Positions 1-11,619 of a stretch of DNA of 64,000 nucleotides are shown here, one piece after another. Location: positions 109,182,001-109,246,000 of the forward strand of contig OZ024740.1 in NCBI GenBank assembly GCA_964016885.1. Direction: 5' to 3'. The DNA is from Eledone cirrhosa (lineage: Eukaryota). Numbering within the stretch: the first letter of the stretch is position 1; each line of letters begins with the position of its first letter. The notes below the pieces were generated by a model. That model saw only the letters and a program-made list of their open reading frames with translations. It was not told the DNA's origin and searched no databases. Made by a program: the position numbers and the translations under genes.

Positions 1-344
1 AATAACGGTATATTGGGCAATGGCCATACTCGATAACGAGGGGGCAGCTATCATCATGTATGTATGTATGTATGTATGTATGAATGTGTTTATGTATGTA
101 TGTGTTTATGTATGTATGTATGTAAAACACGTGACCCGATGTATGTACGTATGTGCGCGTATATATGTATGTGCGCGTGTGTGTGAGCGTGTGTATGTGC
201 GTTTGACGACATACTCATATTCACATAATATATACGACGTGTACATACTTAAACACACACACATATATACGCACACATACACCATACACACATGCACATT
301 ACTACCATTTAGATAGGAAGGTTTTCAGCCCGAGGCTACATGAA

Positions 345-1465
345 TGACACTGATGTAAAACCTACGACCCGAGGACATCGCTGTCACCGCCCCAGCTTGC
401 TAGGCCATGACAGATGAACCCCGGGTGTAAAGGGTAGGGTCAGTTTTGCACGCACTGCACTTCACCTAAAAGTTCTACTGCGTAGGCTCGAAGGACATGT
501 CTGCGACAATCAACCAGTGCAAGCTCTCTAGCGATGAGAAAACGGCAGGTGTAAGATGATACTGGAAGCCATAGTCCCAATCCTTCACGCAGGCGGTTCA
601 GTGGTTTGGTTGTGTGATGTTGACCCGGGGACGACACTATTGTTCAGCACACCCTGAATTCTCAAGCAGCCTTCTCTAGGAACAGCACTGCTTACTCTAC
701 ATGGAGAGGAGTCTACAAAAGGTGGCCTAATCAAAGGTCATCTCCTACACCCCAAGTTGGCAAACCACAGTCAATGGACAACTTCTCATGCGGTCGAAAT
801 ACATCAAGGGAGAAGTACACACTAGCTCTTAGACTGGAAGTTAGCTTAAAGAAGACGGTGGTACTCCACAGGCCTGCACCCCAGGAAGAGTACCCCCCCC
901 CCTCCATATCATATCACCATTGGTAAGACTGAACAGAAAACAGTCTATCAGCTTACCTACCTGGGCTGGACCATTACATCAGATGTCAAGATTGACAGGG
1001 AAATCAACAACAGACTGGTAAAGGCGAGCAGTGCATTTGGCAGACTGTACATACGTGTGTGGAACAATAAACAACTGAAGAAGAGTACCAAGATCAGAGT
1101 GTACAGATCCGTATTCCTTATCATCCTCTTATATGGCTCAGAATCGTGGGTTACTTATCACAACCACATTCGATTCCTCGAGCACTTCAACTAGCGCTGA
1201 CTCTGCACCGTTCTTAACATCCACTGAAGCCACTTTGTCACCAATGTTGAACTCCTTGAACGGGTAGAGGTCACCAACATCAAGGCCACGCTGTTTCAGT
1301 GTCAGCTAAGCTGAGCGAGGCACGTCTCCGGGATGAAGGATCCTCACCTGCCCAGGATCACGCTGTATAGCGGACTCTCTACTAGCCATCGCAACAGGGG
1401 GCACCAATGAAGCGATACAAAGACTATTTGAGCAAACCCCTTGGTGCCTGTCACATCGATCATAG
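345..1465 (+). mobile_element. Degenerate RTE-clade (BovB-like) LINE, internally deleted
   Basis: Manual translation of ~830-1460 gives ..EVSLKKT..TYLGWTITSDVKIDREINNRLVKASSAFGRL..LLYGSESW.. (RTE RT C-terminus) with stops and frameshifts. The upstream part resembles an RTE 5' region; the 5' boundary is approximate. Confidence 0.75.
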
Positions 1466-2513
1466 TGTGGGTAAAAAAAATCCCAATATTCTCTTGTGAG
1501 AGTGTCGGAGTTCTATGTGCATCCCTTTCTCATAATTACGCTCCCCATTCTCCCAAATAAAATAAATTCAACTACAGTTTGGCAAGCCGACAAACCTAGT
1601 TGATATAACTATACTAAAAAAATTGCAAAGCTTGCATTTTTTACTACACAGTCCATATTCACCCAACCCAAATCATGTGACAGGTCACAAGACCATATTA
1701 CTATCCCCATCGAATAGCATAATCCCTCAATGCTGCAACGTATTGATGCTGAGAAATTATTTATATTGAATTAAAGAATACCAATTATTTTATATTTAAT
1801 TTAATCATACACATTTGTATATTTATACGTGTATGATTATGTGTATGATTAAATTATATAATAATTTATATAATTTAATATATAATTTGCAAACTAATTC
1901 AAATTTGTGTAAAACTCACCCTTTAAGGTTCAGTAATGCGTCTTTCTAAGGTGTGCGCCATGGGCGGCTGCCCAGAACTGTTACATGGTAGGATACTTTC
2001 GGAACCACCTCTTTCATATAATCTTTTCACATGTTCTTCAGTAATTCGAATTCTCTTTTTATTATTATAAACAAACAACGATGTGTTATTCTCAAGATCG
2101 GGTTACACACAATATGGCTGATTAAATATTTACAAGAACTTCAGAATTTGATCTTATAACCCGGGATTCGGGTAATTTTTGTTTGAATAACTGATGTTTG
2201 ATTGTACAGTGATATATTTTATGGCTTGGTTTTAGAATTAAAATCGATTTTAAGCATTGGCATAAAACATTTTGTTCGAGAAACCTTATAGATTTTCAAA
2301 AGGAACTAGCTGACCCCGTGGAAATTCCAAAGTTTCATTAGAAACAATCACCAAATATCAATGTGTCATTTTAAGTATTATATTGATTTTAAGTATTATA
2401 TTGATAAGTCGACGTGTCAATGCTCATCCTTTTCCATTTTCCATTTTTAGAGAGTTTTAAACCCCACTATCCGGCTAAAGTTACTTTTGTCAAAAATACG
2501 GCGAAAGGTTCTA

Positions 2514-2597
<84 letters not shown>

Positions 2598-2639
2598 ACA
2601 TATATAAGAAGTGACGTTGTGCATTTCTCATTTTCTGTT

Positions 2640-3676
2640 ATGCCGTCAAAGGGGAAGCAACATAGATCTATCCAAATTGTTTATTCGTGGCTGTTTACTT
2701 TATGACTTCAAATCTGGCCAAATCGCAAAGGCATTGATTCGTCACATTAACAATGCATTTGGATCACACACCATGTCTGGTGATTACAGCCTTGAAGATA
2801 GACCTCGCGCACGACGTCCATCCGACTTCAATAAGGAGCAACTGCATGAGCTGGTGGAAGCCGACTCACAACAGTCATCACGTCAACTCCCCGAAGTGTT
2901 TGGGGTATCGAAAACAACCATCCTCAATCACATGCATGCAATAGGGAAGGTGTTGAAGCTAGACCAATGGGTGCCCCACAATCTGACTAACGTAATCGTG
3001 AATGTCGGGTGGCAGCTGCGACTTCGCTGCTCTTCTACCATCGCACAAGCAACTGGTTACCTTCCGTTGTCACTGGTGATGAAAAATGGTGTCTTTACAT
3101 TCATGTCAATCGCAAGCGATCGTGGATAGATAAAGAGAGCGCACCACAACGGCAAGTAAAGGCTGGCCTCCACCCTCGGAACGCCCTACTGAGCGTTTGG
3201 TGGAACTGGAAATATGTCATCCGCGACTAGCTGCTCCAGCGGAACAGCAGCATAACCTCTGACGTCTATTGCCAACGATTTGATGGAGTAGTGGCGAAAA
3301 TTGAAAATTGCGCAGGTGCACCCACACCATGGTCCTGTTCATAACACATGCCTCATACATCGAGGAGGACTCATGAGAAATTGCTAGAGCTAGGTTGGGA
3401 GGTTCTGCCCCACCCACTGTATTCGCCTAACCTCGCACCTACAGACTATCACTATTTTCTCTCAATTTCGCTAATGAAGACCAGTTAAATCAGTGGCTGA
3501 CAGAATTCTTTGCCTCGAAGCCAGAATTCTACAGGGATGGAATCATGTGCCTTCCTACATGGTGGCAGGTGGTAATCGCAAATGATGGCAATCATTTTGA
3601 TTTGTAAAATTTTCCTTATGTTAAAAAGCGCCAAAGACAATAAAAATTTGAAAAAGGCCGAGAACTTTCTGTCTAA

Positions 3677-3680
<4 letters not shown>
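2640..3680 (+). mobile_element. Degenerate mariner (Tc1/mariner) transposon
   Basis: Fragmented ORFs carry LLYDFKSG (HTH), WVPHNL, VTGDEKW and YSPNLAPTDYH, all mariner signatures. TIR-like right end ..GAACTTTCTGTCTAACCATA abuts (TA)n. Confidence 0.9.
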
Positions 3681-3750
<70 letters not shown>

Positions 3751-4181
3751 CGTTAGCTCCAGTGTTTGCATAGCTACGGCTTCCTAAAACCGTATTTCTT
3801 TAGAAATACGAAATTTCTATGCATATTGTATGAAGCTATGCTTGAAGCGAAATCTTATTTCTTTTCTATTATAAGTTGAGCCAACTTATGCAGCTTCATA
3901 TGCAAATAAGATTAATCACCTCATTTACACAGACGAGAAAACTATATATTCTCGACTGTGTTCAAGTCCAGCAGTCGCAAGCGGTGGGGAGGGACCGTCC
4001 TGACGAAGGCCAGTGAAGCCTGAAATGCTGAGACGGTTGTCCCCCTGCTTCTGCTGGACACCACCAGAGGGCGTTAGCCCCGGTGTTTGCATAGCTACGG
4101 CTTCCTAAAACCCTATTTCTTTAGAAATACGAAATTCCTATACATATTGTATAAAGCTATGCTTGAAGCGAAATCTTATTT
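3751..4181 (+). mobile_element. Partial-tandem (1.3-mer, 321-bp period) hammerhead-containing element, retrozyme/Penelope-pLTR-like
   Basis: ~110-bp direct repeats at 3751-3860 and 4072-4181, (TA)n on both sides, HHR core at 4000-4025. Confidence 0.7.
3967..4058 (+). ncRNA. Type I hammerhead ribozyme motif with long stem I (cleavage triplet non-canonical)
   Basis: GACCGTC-CTGACGA-AGGC..GCCT-GAAA-TGCTGA-GACGGTT; stem I extends outward through GGGGA/TCCCC, AAGCGG/CTGCTT and TCCAGCAG/CTGCTGGA. Confidence 0.65.
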
Positions 4182-4183
4182 GT

Positions 4184-4219
<36 letters not shown>

Positions 4220-4221
<2 letters not shown>

Positions 4222-5050
4222 CGAAGGAGTTGTGGTAAGGAACCTCTTTCCTTTTCCTCTGTGTTTTCTCCATCCCTTTGTCTCCTCCTATCACTTCTTT
4301 CCATCACCGAATTTCTTCCTCGTTCGTTTCTTTGTTTTTTTTTTCCCTTTCGCCTACCCCGAGGCAGCCCATCGGTCCTCTTTAGCCTCAGTACCCCCAC
4401 CCCAGTAACTTACAGATAGCATTCGCCGATTACGCTATACTAACTTTTCATAGCAGCTGTGTTAGACCCCAGAGATGTGGTATTAATTTTTAATTCTAAA
4501 TTTTCAATAATTCTCATCTAGCAACTCATTCTATAGCTTTGGCCGAAATAGCAGCACCCACTAAATAGAGCAGCTGACTCCTTTGTTTTATTTCACTTCT
4601 AGCTTTCCAATCTTACATTCTGATTCATCTTTCTCTCATTCTCTTTTATTATATTTTTCATTGTCCCCTAATCGCATTTGTTTTACTATTTCTATAACGT
4701 CCCTCCTCCACTTTCTAAAGAAACCTTTTTTCGCCAACTTCCACTGTCCTACTTTCATACACATTCCTTAGAATTTGCCGTGTAGATTTCACCTTCTACG
4801 CTTGACCGGCTCTACCCACTCCCCTATTGTTCTACAGGCAAGTTCAGCCATCCCCACTGCCATGATAGACTTTTAGGTGTCTGCTACAGATTTTGACCAA
4901 TCCTCTTGACAACTACAATCTTGCCATATAAGGAAGTACCCCTTGAAAAGTTCGGCTATTTATTTACCAGACTAAAAAAACTTTTACTTTAGTCCAGAAA
5001 TAACCGTCGAAACGGCTTGAGCTCTGCCGTCGGGGTCACACTTTCTCATA
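4220..5050 (+). mobile_element. Penelope-like non-coding terminal fragment with degenerate hammerhead (4938-5036)
   Basis: ACCCC-TTGAAAA(core degenerate)-stem II-GAAA-CGGC..GCCG-TC-GGGGT; (TA)n flanks. Shares its start (AACGAAGGA..TGTGGTAAGGAACC) and its HHR 3' half with 17773-17974. Confidence 0.55.
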
Positions 5051-5416
5051 TATATATATATATATACACATACATACATACATATATATACACACATTAG
5101 AAAAGTCAACATGAAAAAAAAAACATTCAGTACAAGATAACACAATACAATAATGCTATATTAGTAAAACGCTTAATAGAGATGGAAAAGAGTTTACATA
5201 TAATATTCAAAATCATTTTAAGTTTCGGCTGACAATAAAAATAAATAAGATAAAACGTTATCAGCTGTACACAAGCGCGTCTTCACTTCGCATTAATAAA
5301 TTCACATTTTGTAAACATCATTGGGTGGACATTTGAAAGGTTGTGTCAGTTTAACATGTTGAGCAAACTATTTGAATTTAGTATGCAGAACGCTCCTCAG
5401 ATTTTTTTCTTCTACC

Positions 5417-5526
<110 letters not shown>

Positions 5527-5666
5527 TGTGTGTGTGTGTGCGTGCGTGCGTGTGTGTGCAAAGTAAAGTATACATATTAATTAAAAGCAAACAACGGTAA
5601 GAAAATAAAGAGAAGGTGGAACCAGAAAGACCGTTTAATAAACTCCTGAAAACCGTAGGTGTGAAC

Positions 5667-5860
5667 ATACGAGGGTAGGCTGAAAAGTTCATAGGCTGAC
5701 TATGAAGGAGTGATGCTAATACTGTGAAATCTTGCATGCATTCATTTTCAACTCTTCTTATTAATAACTGCATTGTTTCTTTCCAGGGACTATGTTGAAA
5801 AATAAACCCCATTTGGTCACTCCATGTCAGTATCTTGGTCAGCCTATGAACGTTTCAGTC
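5667..5860. mobile_element. Mariner-derived MITE
   Basis: TIRs TACGAGGGTAGGCTGAAAAGTTCATAGGCTGAC / GTCAGCCTATGAACGTTTCAG; related copies at 53985-54410 and 55232-55333. Confidence 0.7.
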
Positions 5861-6215
5861 GAGCATGGCCAAATGGTTAAGAAGTTCGCTTCGCAATCAT
5901 TAGGTTCAGGGTTCGACCCCATTGCGTTGCATCTTGGTCAAGGGTCATTTATCATAGTTTCGGGTCCACCCATGCTTTGTAAGTAAAATTGGGTTGACGG
6001 AAACAGTTTAGACGCCTGTGTGATGAACTGCGTCTATTATTGAAAAGGATCAGCTTTGTCATAGGCTGTGTGACGCTGAATCTCCCTGAGAATTACGTTA
6101 TGGTTATATGTGTTTGAGGAAATCTTAACTACTTGTACGCTAATTACAGCAACAGGCGTTCAGTTGATAAAATAACGGGAACACTCACCGTCGAAATCGA
6201 CGGAGGTTCATTCCA
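5860..6215 (+). mobile_element. tRNA-derived CORE-type SINE (family 2)
   Basis: A-box-like TGGCCAAATGG, B-box GGTTCGACCC, CORE-like CTTGG.CAAG segment. Homologous copies at 11392-11545(+), 48820-48950(-), 55610-55955(-), 58250-58555(-); 3' parts near 21660-21815 and 49200-49460. Confidence 0.7.
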
Positions 6216-6548
6216 TTCAGTTAAAGAAAATATATTTTGTTGTATATCTTCATTTCTATATACTGTGGTAGTAAGGAGATTATTTGATCACAGCATGGCC
6301 TCAGCTGGAAGGCTGAAGCCGGTAGAGGAGCAGTTTTGAATGGAATTTATTTCTGGATATATATGAGACATTTTACCTACCTACCTACCTACCTACCTAC
6401 CTACCTACCTACCTACCTACCTACCTACCTACCTACCTACCTACCTACCTACTTCCTACCTACCTACCTACCTACCTACCTACCTACCTACCTACCTACC
6501 TACCTACCTACCTACCTACCTACCTACCTACCTACCTACCTACCTACA

Positions 6549-6582
<34 letters not shown>

Positions 6583-6778
6583 CATATATACCAGCCTACA
6601 TACATTCCTGCAGGCCAATCTATCTATCTTGCTAGCTAGCTTTCTTTGTTATCTTTATAATCAATTCTACGAGCATATACATATATAAATATACATACAT
6701 ACATACATACATACATACATACATACATACATACATACATACATACATACATACATACATACATACATACATACATAC

Positions 6779-9700
6779 AGTCAACGCGATCAGTCGCATA
6801 TTTTGGCGTGGGAGACTATTTATTAAATTTAAGATGAATACTATCTCCGACAATGCCACAACTACAGGCATGTTGAATAACTGGTTATTCTTCTCACTAT
6901 ATCTACTGAAGACACCTTTTATTCGAATTCGTAGAGATATCCGACTAAATACATAATTAATTTTACAAAAACAGCATGGCTGAACACAACATCAACAACA
7001 ACAACATTAAGGAAGTAGCGAAGATGAACAACGAGAAAGGTAAACAAAATTTATTCAGTTGTAGCTACAGAAGAAACCGAAATTATAAATATCATTTCTC
7101 TTGGAGTTGCGAACTTAATGATGATTTATTTAATTGTTATAAAATGGCAAAAAAAAAACCTCCACTGACTATATGAACAGAATGAAGCTACACTGGGACG
7201 AAATGCACCCAGAGCTAAATTGTTTCACAGCGAAACAATTACGCCAACAAGCGACGTTTGTTGAACGTAAAAATAAGATAAATATATTAATTGTAAGTCC
7301 CCCACAACAAACATCGGATCAACAACACGTGCTACAGGTCGCCATGGTACTAGACTTCCTAGCCGCCAGGTCGAACAGTGCCTTGAATCAACCATGCCTG
7401 TAAGAAACTTGACACCACGTGTACCATCTAAGTCTACCTCGAATGTTGGGGAAAACACTATCGATGATAATAATAATCGAAGAAATTTGACACCACGTGT
7501 ACCATCCGAGTATACCTCGACTATTGTGGAAAATACTATCGATAATGATAATAATCAAAAGTATAAACAATTGAAAATGTCCCTCAATGAAATCTTCCAG
7601 AGAGAAATTAATTCATGTATAAATATCTCTTTTGCTGAAGGTATTAAAACGACAATATTTAATAAAAAACAACAACAAATAATGAAATATTACGTGTTAT
7701 TGACGAAATAGGGGATGAATATTACGACGGATAAAAACCCCAACATTTTGGCAAATCAGCGCCTGTTTATATGCCTTAGCAACGACAGTGAAGCATTATC
7801 TTGGTGATAGCAGAGATATTAACAAGAACAAAACACCACCAAAAATACCATCATATATAACTAAAATAGAAAAAAGATTGCTGACCTACGAAAAACCAAA
7901 GGATATGTGACAATGCTCCTTAGATGCAAACAAACACAAAAAAACCTCATTCCTCACCAACAAAGAGTGAAAAATAAAATAGAGACGATGTTTGGTAACA
8001 GTAGAACCAGAACTCCAATATAAGCTGATCACCCTCAAACAAGAATTGAGAGCTGTTAGCGAAAAACGCCGATACCTGAAGAAGGTAGATGAAAGAAAAG
8101 TGCTTAATAAAAGATTCAGACGAAACCATGTATCAGTCTATAGAGATATGAAGGACAAAATAATAAGTGTCACTGAGGCCCCATCCCAGAAAGACATAGA
8201 TTCCTTTTGGAGAAAAATATGGGGTGAAAAGAATAATTTCAACCAAGATGCAGTGTGGCTAAAAGAAATCCGAAAGAACTATTGCTCCAACACTACAACA
8301 AAAACATACGAAATAAGTGAGGGTACCCTTGAGACTGTGATAGGAAAACTCCAAGATAAGAAAACACCAGGAAGAGACATAATTGTCGGCTACTGGTACA
8401 AAAAACTGATATTCTATCGGAGGTATCTTACTGACCTCTACCAACAAGTTCTTAAGGGAGATACACTTATACCAGAATGGTTGACATTAGCAAAAACATT
8501 ACAGATCCCCAAGAACAAAGACACCCATTTGGCAAAAAACTACCGGCCTATTGCATGCCAGAACCTGATGTAAAAGATATATACAGCCTGCCTGAACCTA
8601 TTCCTCCAAGATCACTGTGAAAATAATAACATCATCATAGATGAACAAGCAGCTGGAAAGAAATGGGTTTGGGGATGTGCTGAACAACTCCTAATCAACA
8701 AAACTGCGATGTCGGAGGTGCGACAACTTAGGAAGAATATGGCTGGACTACAGGAAAGCTTTCGATTCTGTTGCCCACTCTTGGATGACAGAGGCCCTCC
8801 AACTTGCTAAAGTCCCAGACATTATTATCAGAGCCATAGAGAAGCTGTCTTCTTCTTGGGCTACTATCCTAAGGTTAAAGACAGAGAAGGAGGACTCTAG
8901 TTTCATTGATAAAATAAAATATCGCAGGGAGACAGTCTCTCTGTGATATTATTCATCCTGTCATTAAACCCCTTGTCCTTTCTGCTCAAGAAATGTGAAG
9001 GATACATCATTGGCTCACGGGAAGACAGAAATACGAACCTAACCCATAATTTCTTTGTGGATGATCTGAAACTCTATGCCAAGAACATGGATGGGATGAA
9101 GAAAAATCTTGACCTGGTTAAAACGTTCTCAAAGGATATAGGAATGGAGTTTGGCCAAGATAAATGCCCATATATGACTGTAATACGAGGAAAAACAACA
9201 ACCCAATCTAGTAACATTGTCATCAATGGCCTAACTGTTTCACCGATATCTGATGAGGACTGCTACAGATACCTGGGGATAGATGAGAACATATCCTATA
9301 ATGGTATCTGTAATAAGGAACGCGTAACCAGAGAATACTACACCCGATTAAGAAAGATTTGGTCATCGGAACTCTCTGCGCAAAACAAAACAGTGGCTCA
9401 CAATGTGTTTGCTGTGCCTGTTCTAACACCAACATTTGGAATACTTAATTGGACGATAGACGAAATCTGAGCAGTTGATTTTAGAACTCGAAAAATACTA
9501 AACAACACCAGAAACTTCCACATCAACAGTGACATAGACCGCCTTTACTTGAAACGTAAGCAGGGAGGCAGAGGCCTAACATCAGTCCAGACAGCATTTG
9601 AATGTCGCATCATATCCCTCCGACAACATGTACGAACCTCGAAGCGTAGGAGCCCGTCTCTCGAGCAAGTCTATCTGCATGAAACAGATAAGATCATGAG

Positions 9701-10832
9701 AGTTGGGAAGGAACTCCTCGAGAGATATTTCCTGTGTGATAATCAAAAACTCACACCCAAGGAAGTCGTTCAGCAGTATCGCAGTGAATCCAGGAAAAAC
9801 TGCATACTTATCAGCAAAAAAATCATGCATGAATATGTTGCCAGGAAGCTCCAGTGTGAGAGTAATATAGATAAGGAAAGTAGTCTATCTTGGACCAACA
9901 ACCGCTATATTGGCTCCCACTTTGAAGGATACGCTTTTGCAAACCAAGAACAGGAAATACCTGATTCACAAAAGAGATAGCGATGCAGGCAACACACCTA
10001 GATGTGATAACAAGTGCAGACTCTGCAGAATTAACATCGTAGAAGTCATCCATGTCATCAGCAGCTGTCCAAAGATGTCATCGCGGTGCTACCTACCTAT
10101 GAGGCATGATGTAGTTGCCAAAACACTGTACGATGCAATCCGTAGAAAAAATAATTCCGATAATAAACACATTAAAAGCTACAGCAATGTGGAAGACATC
10201 CATATACATAATATGAAAGAGTACTGGTGGAATGTTCCAGTAAAAATCCCAATAAAATGCAGGCATAACAGACCAGATATTATGATATGGGACAGGGAAA
10301 AGAAAACATGCACAGTGGTGGAAATTAGTTGCCCAGCAGATGCCAATATAATATCAAAGATTAGTGAAAAGGAGAATATTTATGCAGAACTGATAAGAAA
10401 TCTGCAGATACTCCACCCTGATTACACCTTCAGATTTATGCCTGTGATTATTGGGGCACTGGGGTATGTTAGTAACTGCCTCAATACAAATCTTGAGAAG
10501 CTAGGCTTCACAGGAACAGAAAGAACACAACTAGTTAGGAAATTACAAGTACAATCCATTAATGGAACAGTAAAAATATGTAAAACATTCCAAAGATTTT
10601 GCATCTATTAACTGCATATACACATGTACAGATACAAACCATATACACATGCACACATACAACTCAAAACATCCACATCCACACATACAATAACATCCAT
10701 ATCTACACATGCATACATACATATCTACCTAGTTGATGTTGTGTAAATTCCAATGAGAGAGTCTTGTGTCTATGTTAGAAACCGACTCTCTCTCTATTGG
10801 TAAAAATTTGTGAAATTATAAAACCAGAAGAA
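6779..10832 (+). mobile_element. R4/Dong-like non-LTR retrotransposon family C, near full length, disrupted ORF (RT + CCHC + REL endonuclease)
   Basis: ORF pieces 6976-10611: [43 protein letters not shown]...PAD, PVIIGALG. Flanked by (CATA)n on both sides. Confidence 0.9.
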
Positions 10833-11075
10833 CATACATAATGGTTGCAACTCGATTTTGAGTAATGCCATTGCTTGATACTTAAGCATGAGAATCACGG
10901 ACGTGGCAATTTAGTTCTGCTAGGGACTTGCCTATGGCCAGAAATATCGTGCATTACAAAAAATGTCTAATATCAAGCGATGCCTGTGCTTGAAGCTTTT
11001 TTAAGTAAGGAAAGGGCTTACACGGGGCCAATCTCACTCTTTGAATATCGAATATATTTGCCCCAAAAGAAGAAA
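10833..11075 (-). mobile_element. RTE-derived bipartite non-autonomous element (diverged copy)
   Basis: Reverse complement resembles the 3' end ..TACTCGAAAACGAGTTGGCAGCCACCATGTATG and the GCACAGGCATTGCT segment of the 11620-14025 units. Confidence 0.55.
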
Positions 11076-11619
11076 AGTTTACGGGAAATAAAGACACAGA
11101 AAAGGGTCACAGGTTGATTTATTTATGACAATGAAAAACTTCTATCTTTAAAGATATAAGAAAAAAGAAACTGAAAACACTTAAATTCCAGTGGGTGGGT
11201 AGTGGGTCGGGTCCCAGCCAAAAATATGATTCCCCCTCCTGTGATTACATTTTCGTTTATTGCTAAAGGATACTTGCCAAAAATCCGGCACAGTCAGATG
11301 AACCCAACTTGGCAGCTATGATTGCGAAGTCAATTTGTTAACTGATCAGCAATGTCAGCGCCTCCTCTAAACACACTAAATAAATAAACAAATGGACATG
11401 GCTCTGTGGTTAACGAGTTTGCTTCGCAATCCCTTAGTTTTAGTTTCAGTTCTGCTGCACAGCACCTTGGAGAAATGTCTTCTATTATAGCTTCGGGTTG
11501 ACCCATGGCATCGTGATTGAAATTTGGAAACTTTCTGGAAGTCCCTGGTGTATGTATGTATGTATGTATGTATGTATGTATGTATGTATGTATGTATGTA
11601 TGTATGTATGTATGTATGT

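Noticed and set aside
20-316. Many ORFs of YI/CV/HT/RE/MYVC repeats (also 5341-5812, 14401-15080, 20693-21139, 22559-22909, 47982-48425, 52021-52410, 60246-60519, 61742-62452)
   Set aside because: Translations of (TA)n, (CA)n, (GA)n and (TATG)n microsatellites; no coding evidence.
5862-5935. tRNA genes at SINE heads (also 11395, 54895)
   Set aside because: A/B boxes are present, but there is no complete cloverleaf and each continues into a SINE body.
6895-6942. CTGAAGA in the Dong-C leader as a hammerhead
   Set aside because: No stem II pairing and no GAAA; at most a simple hairpin.
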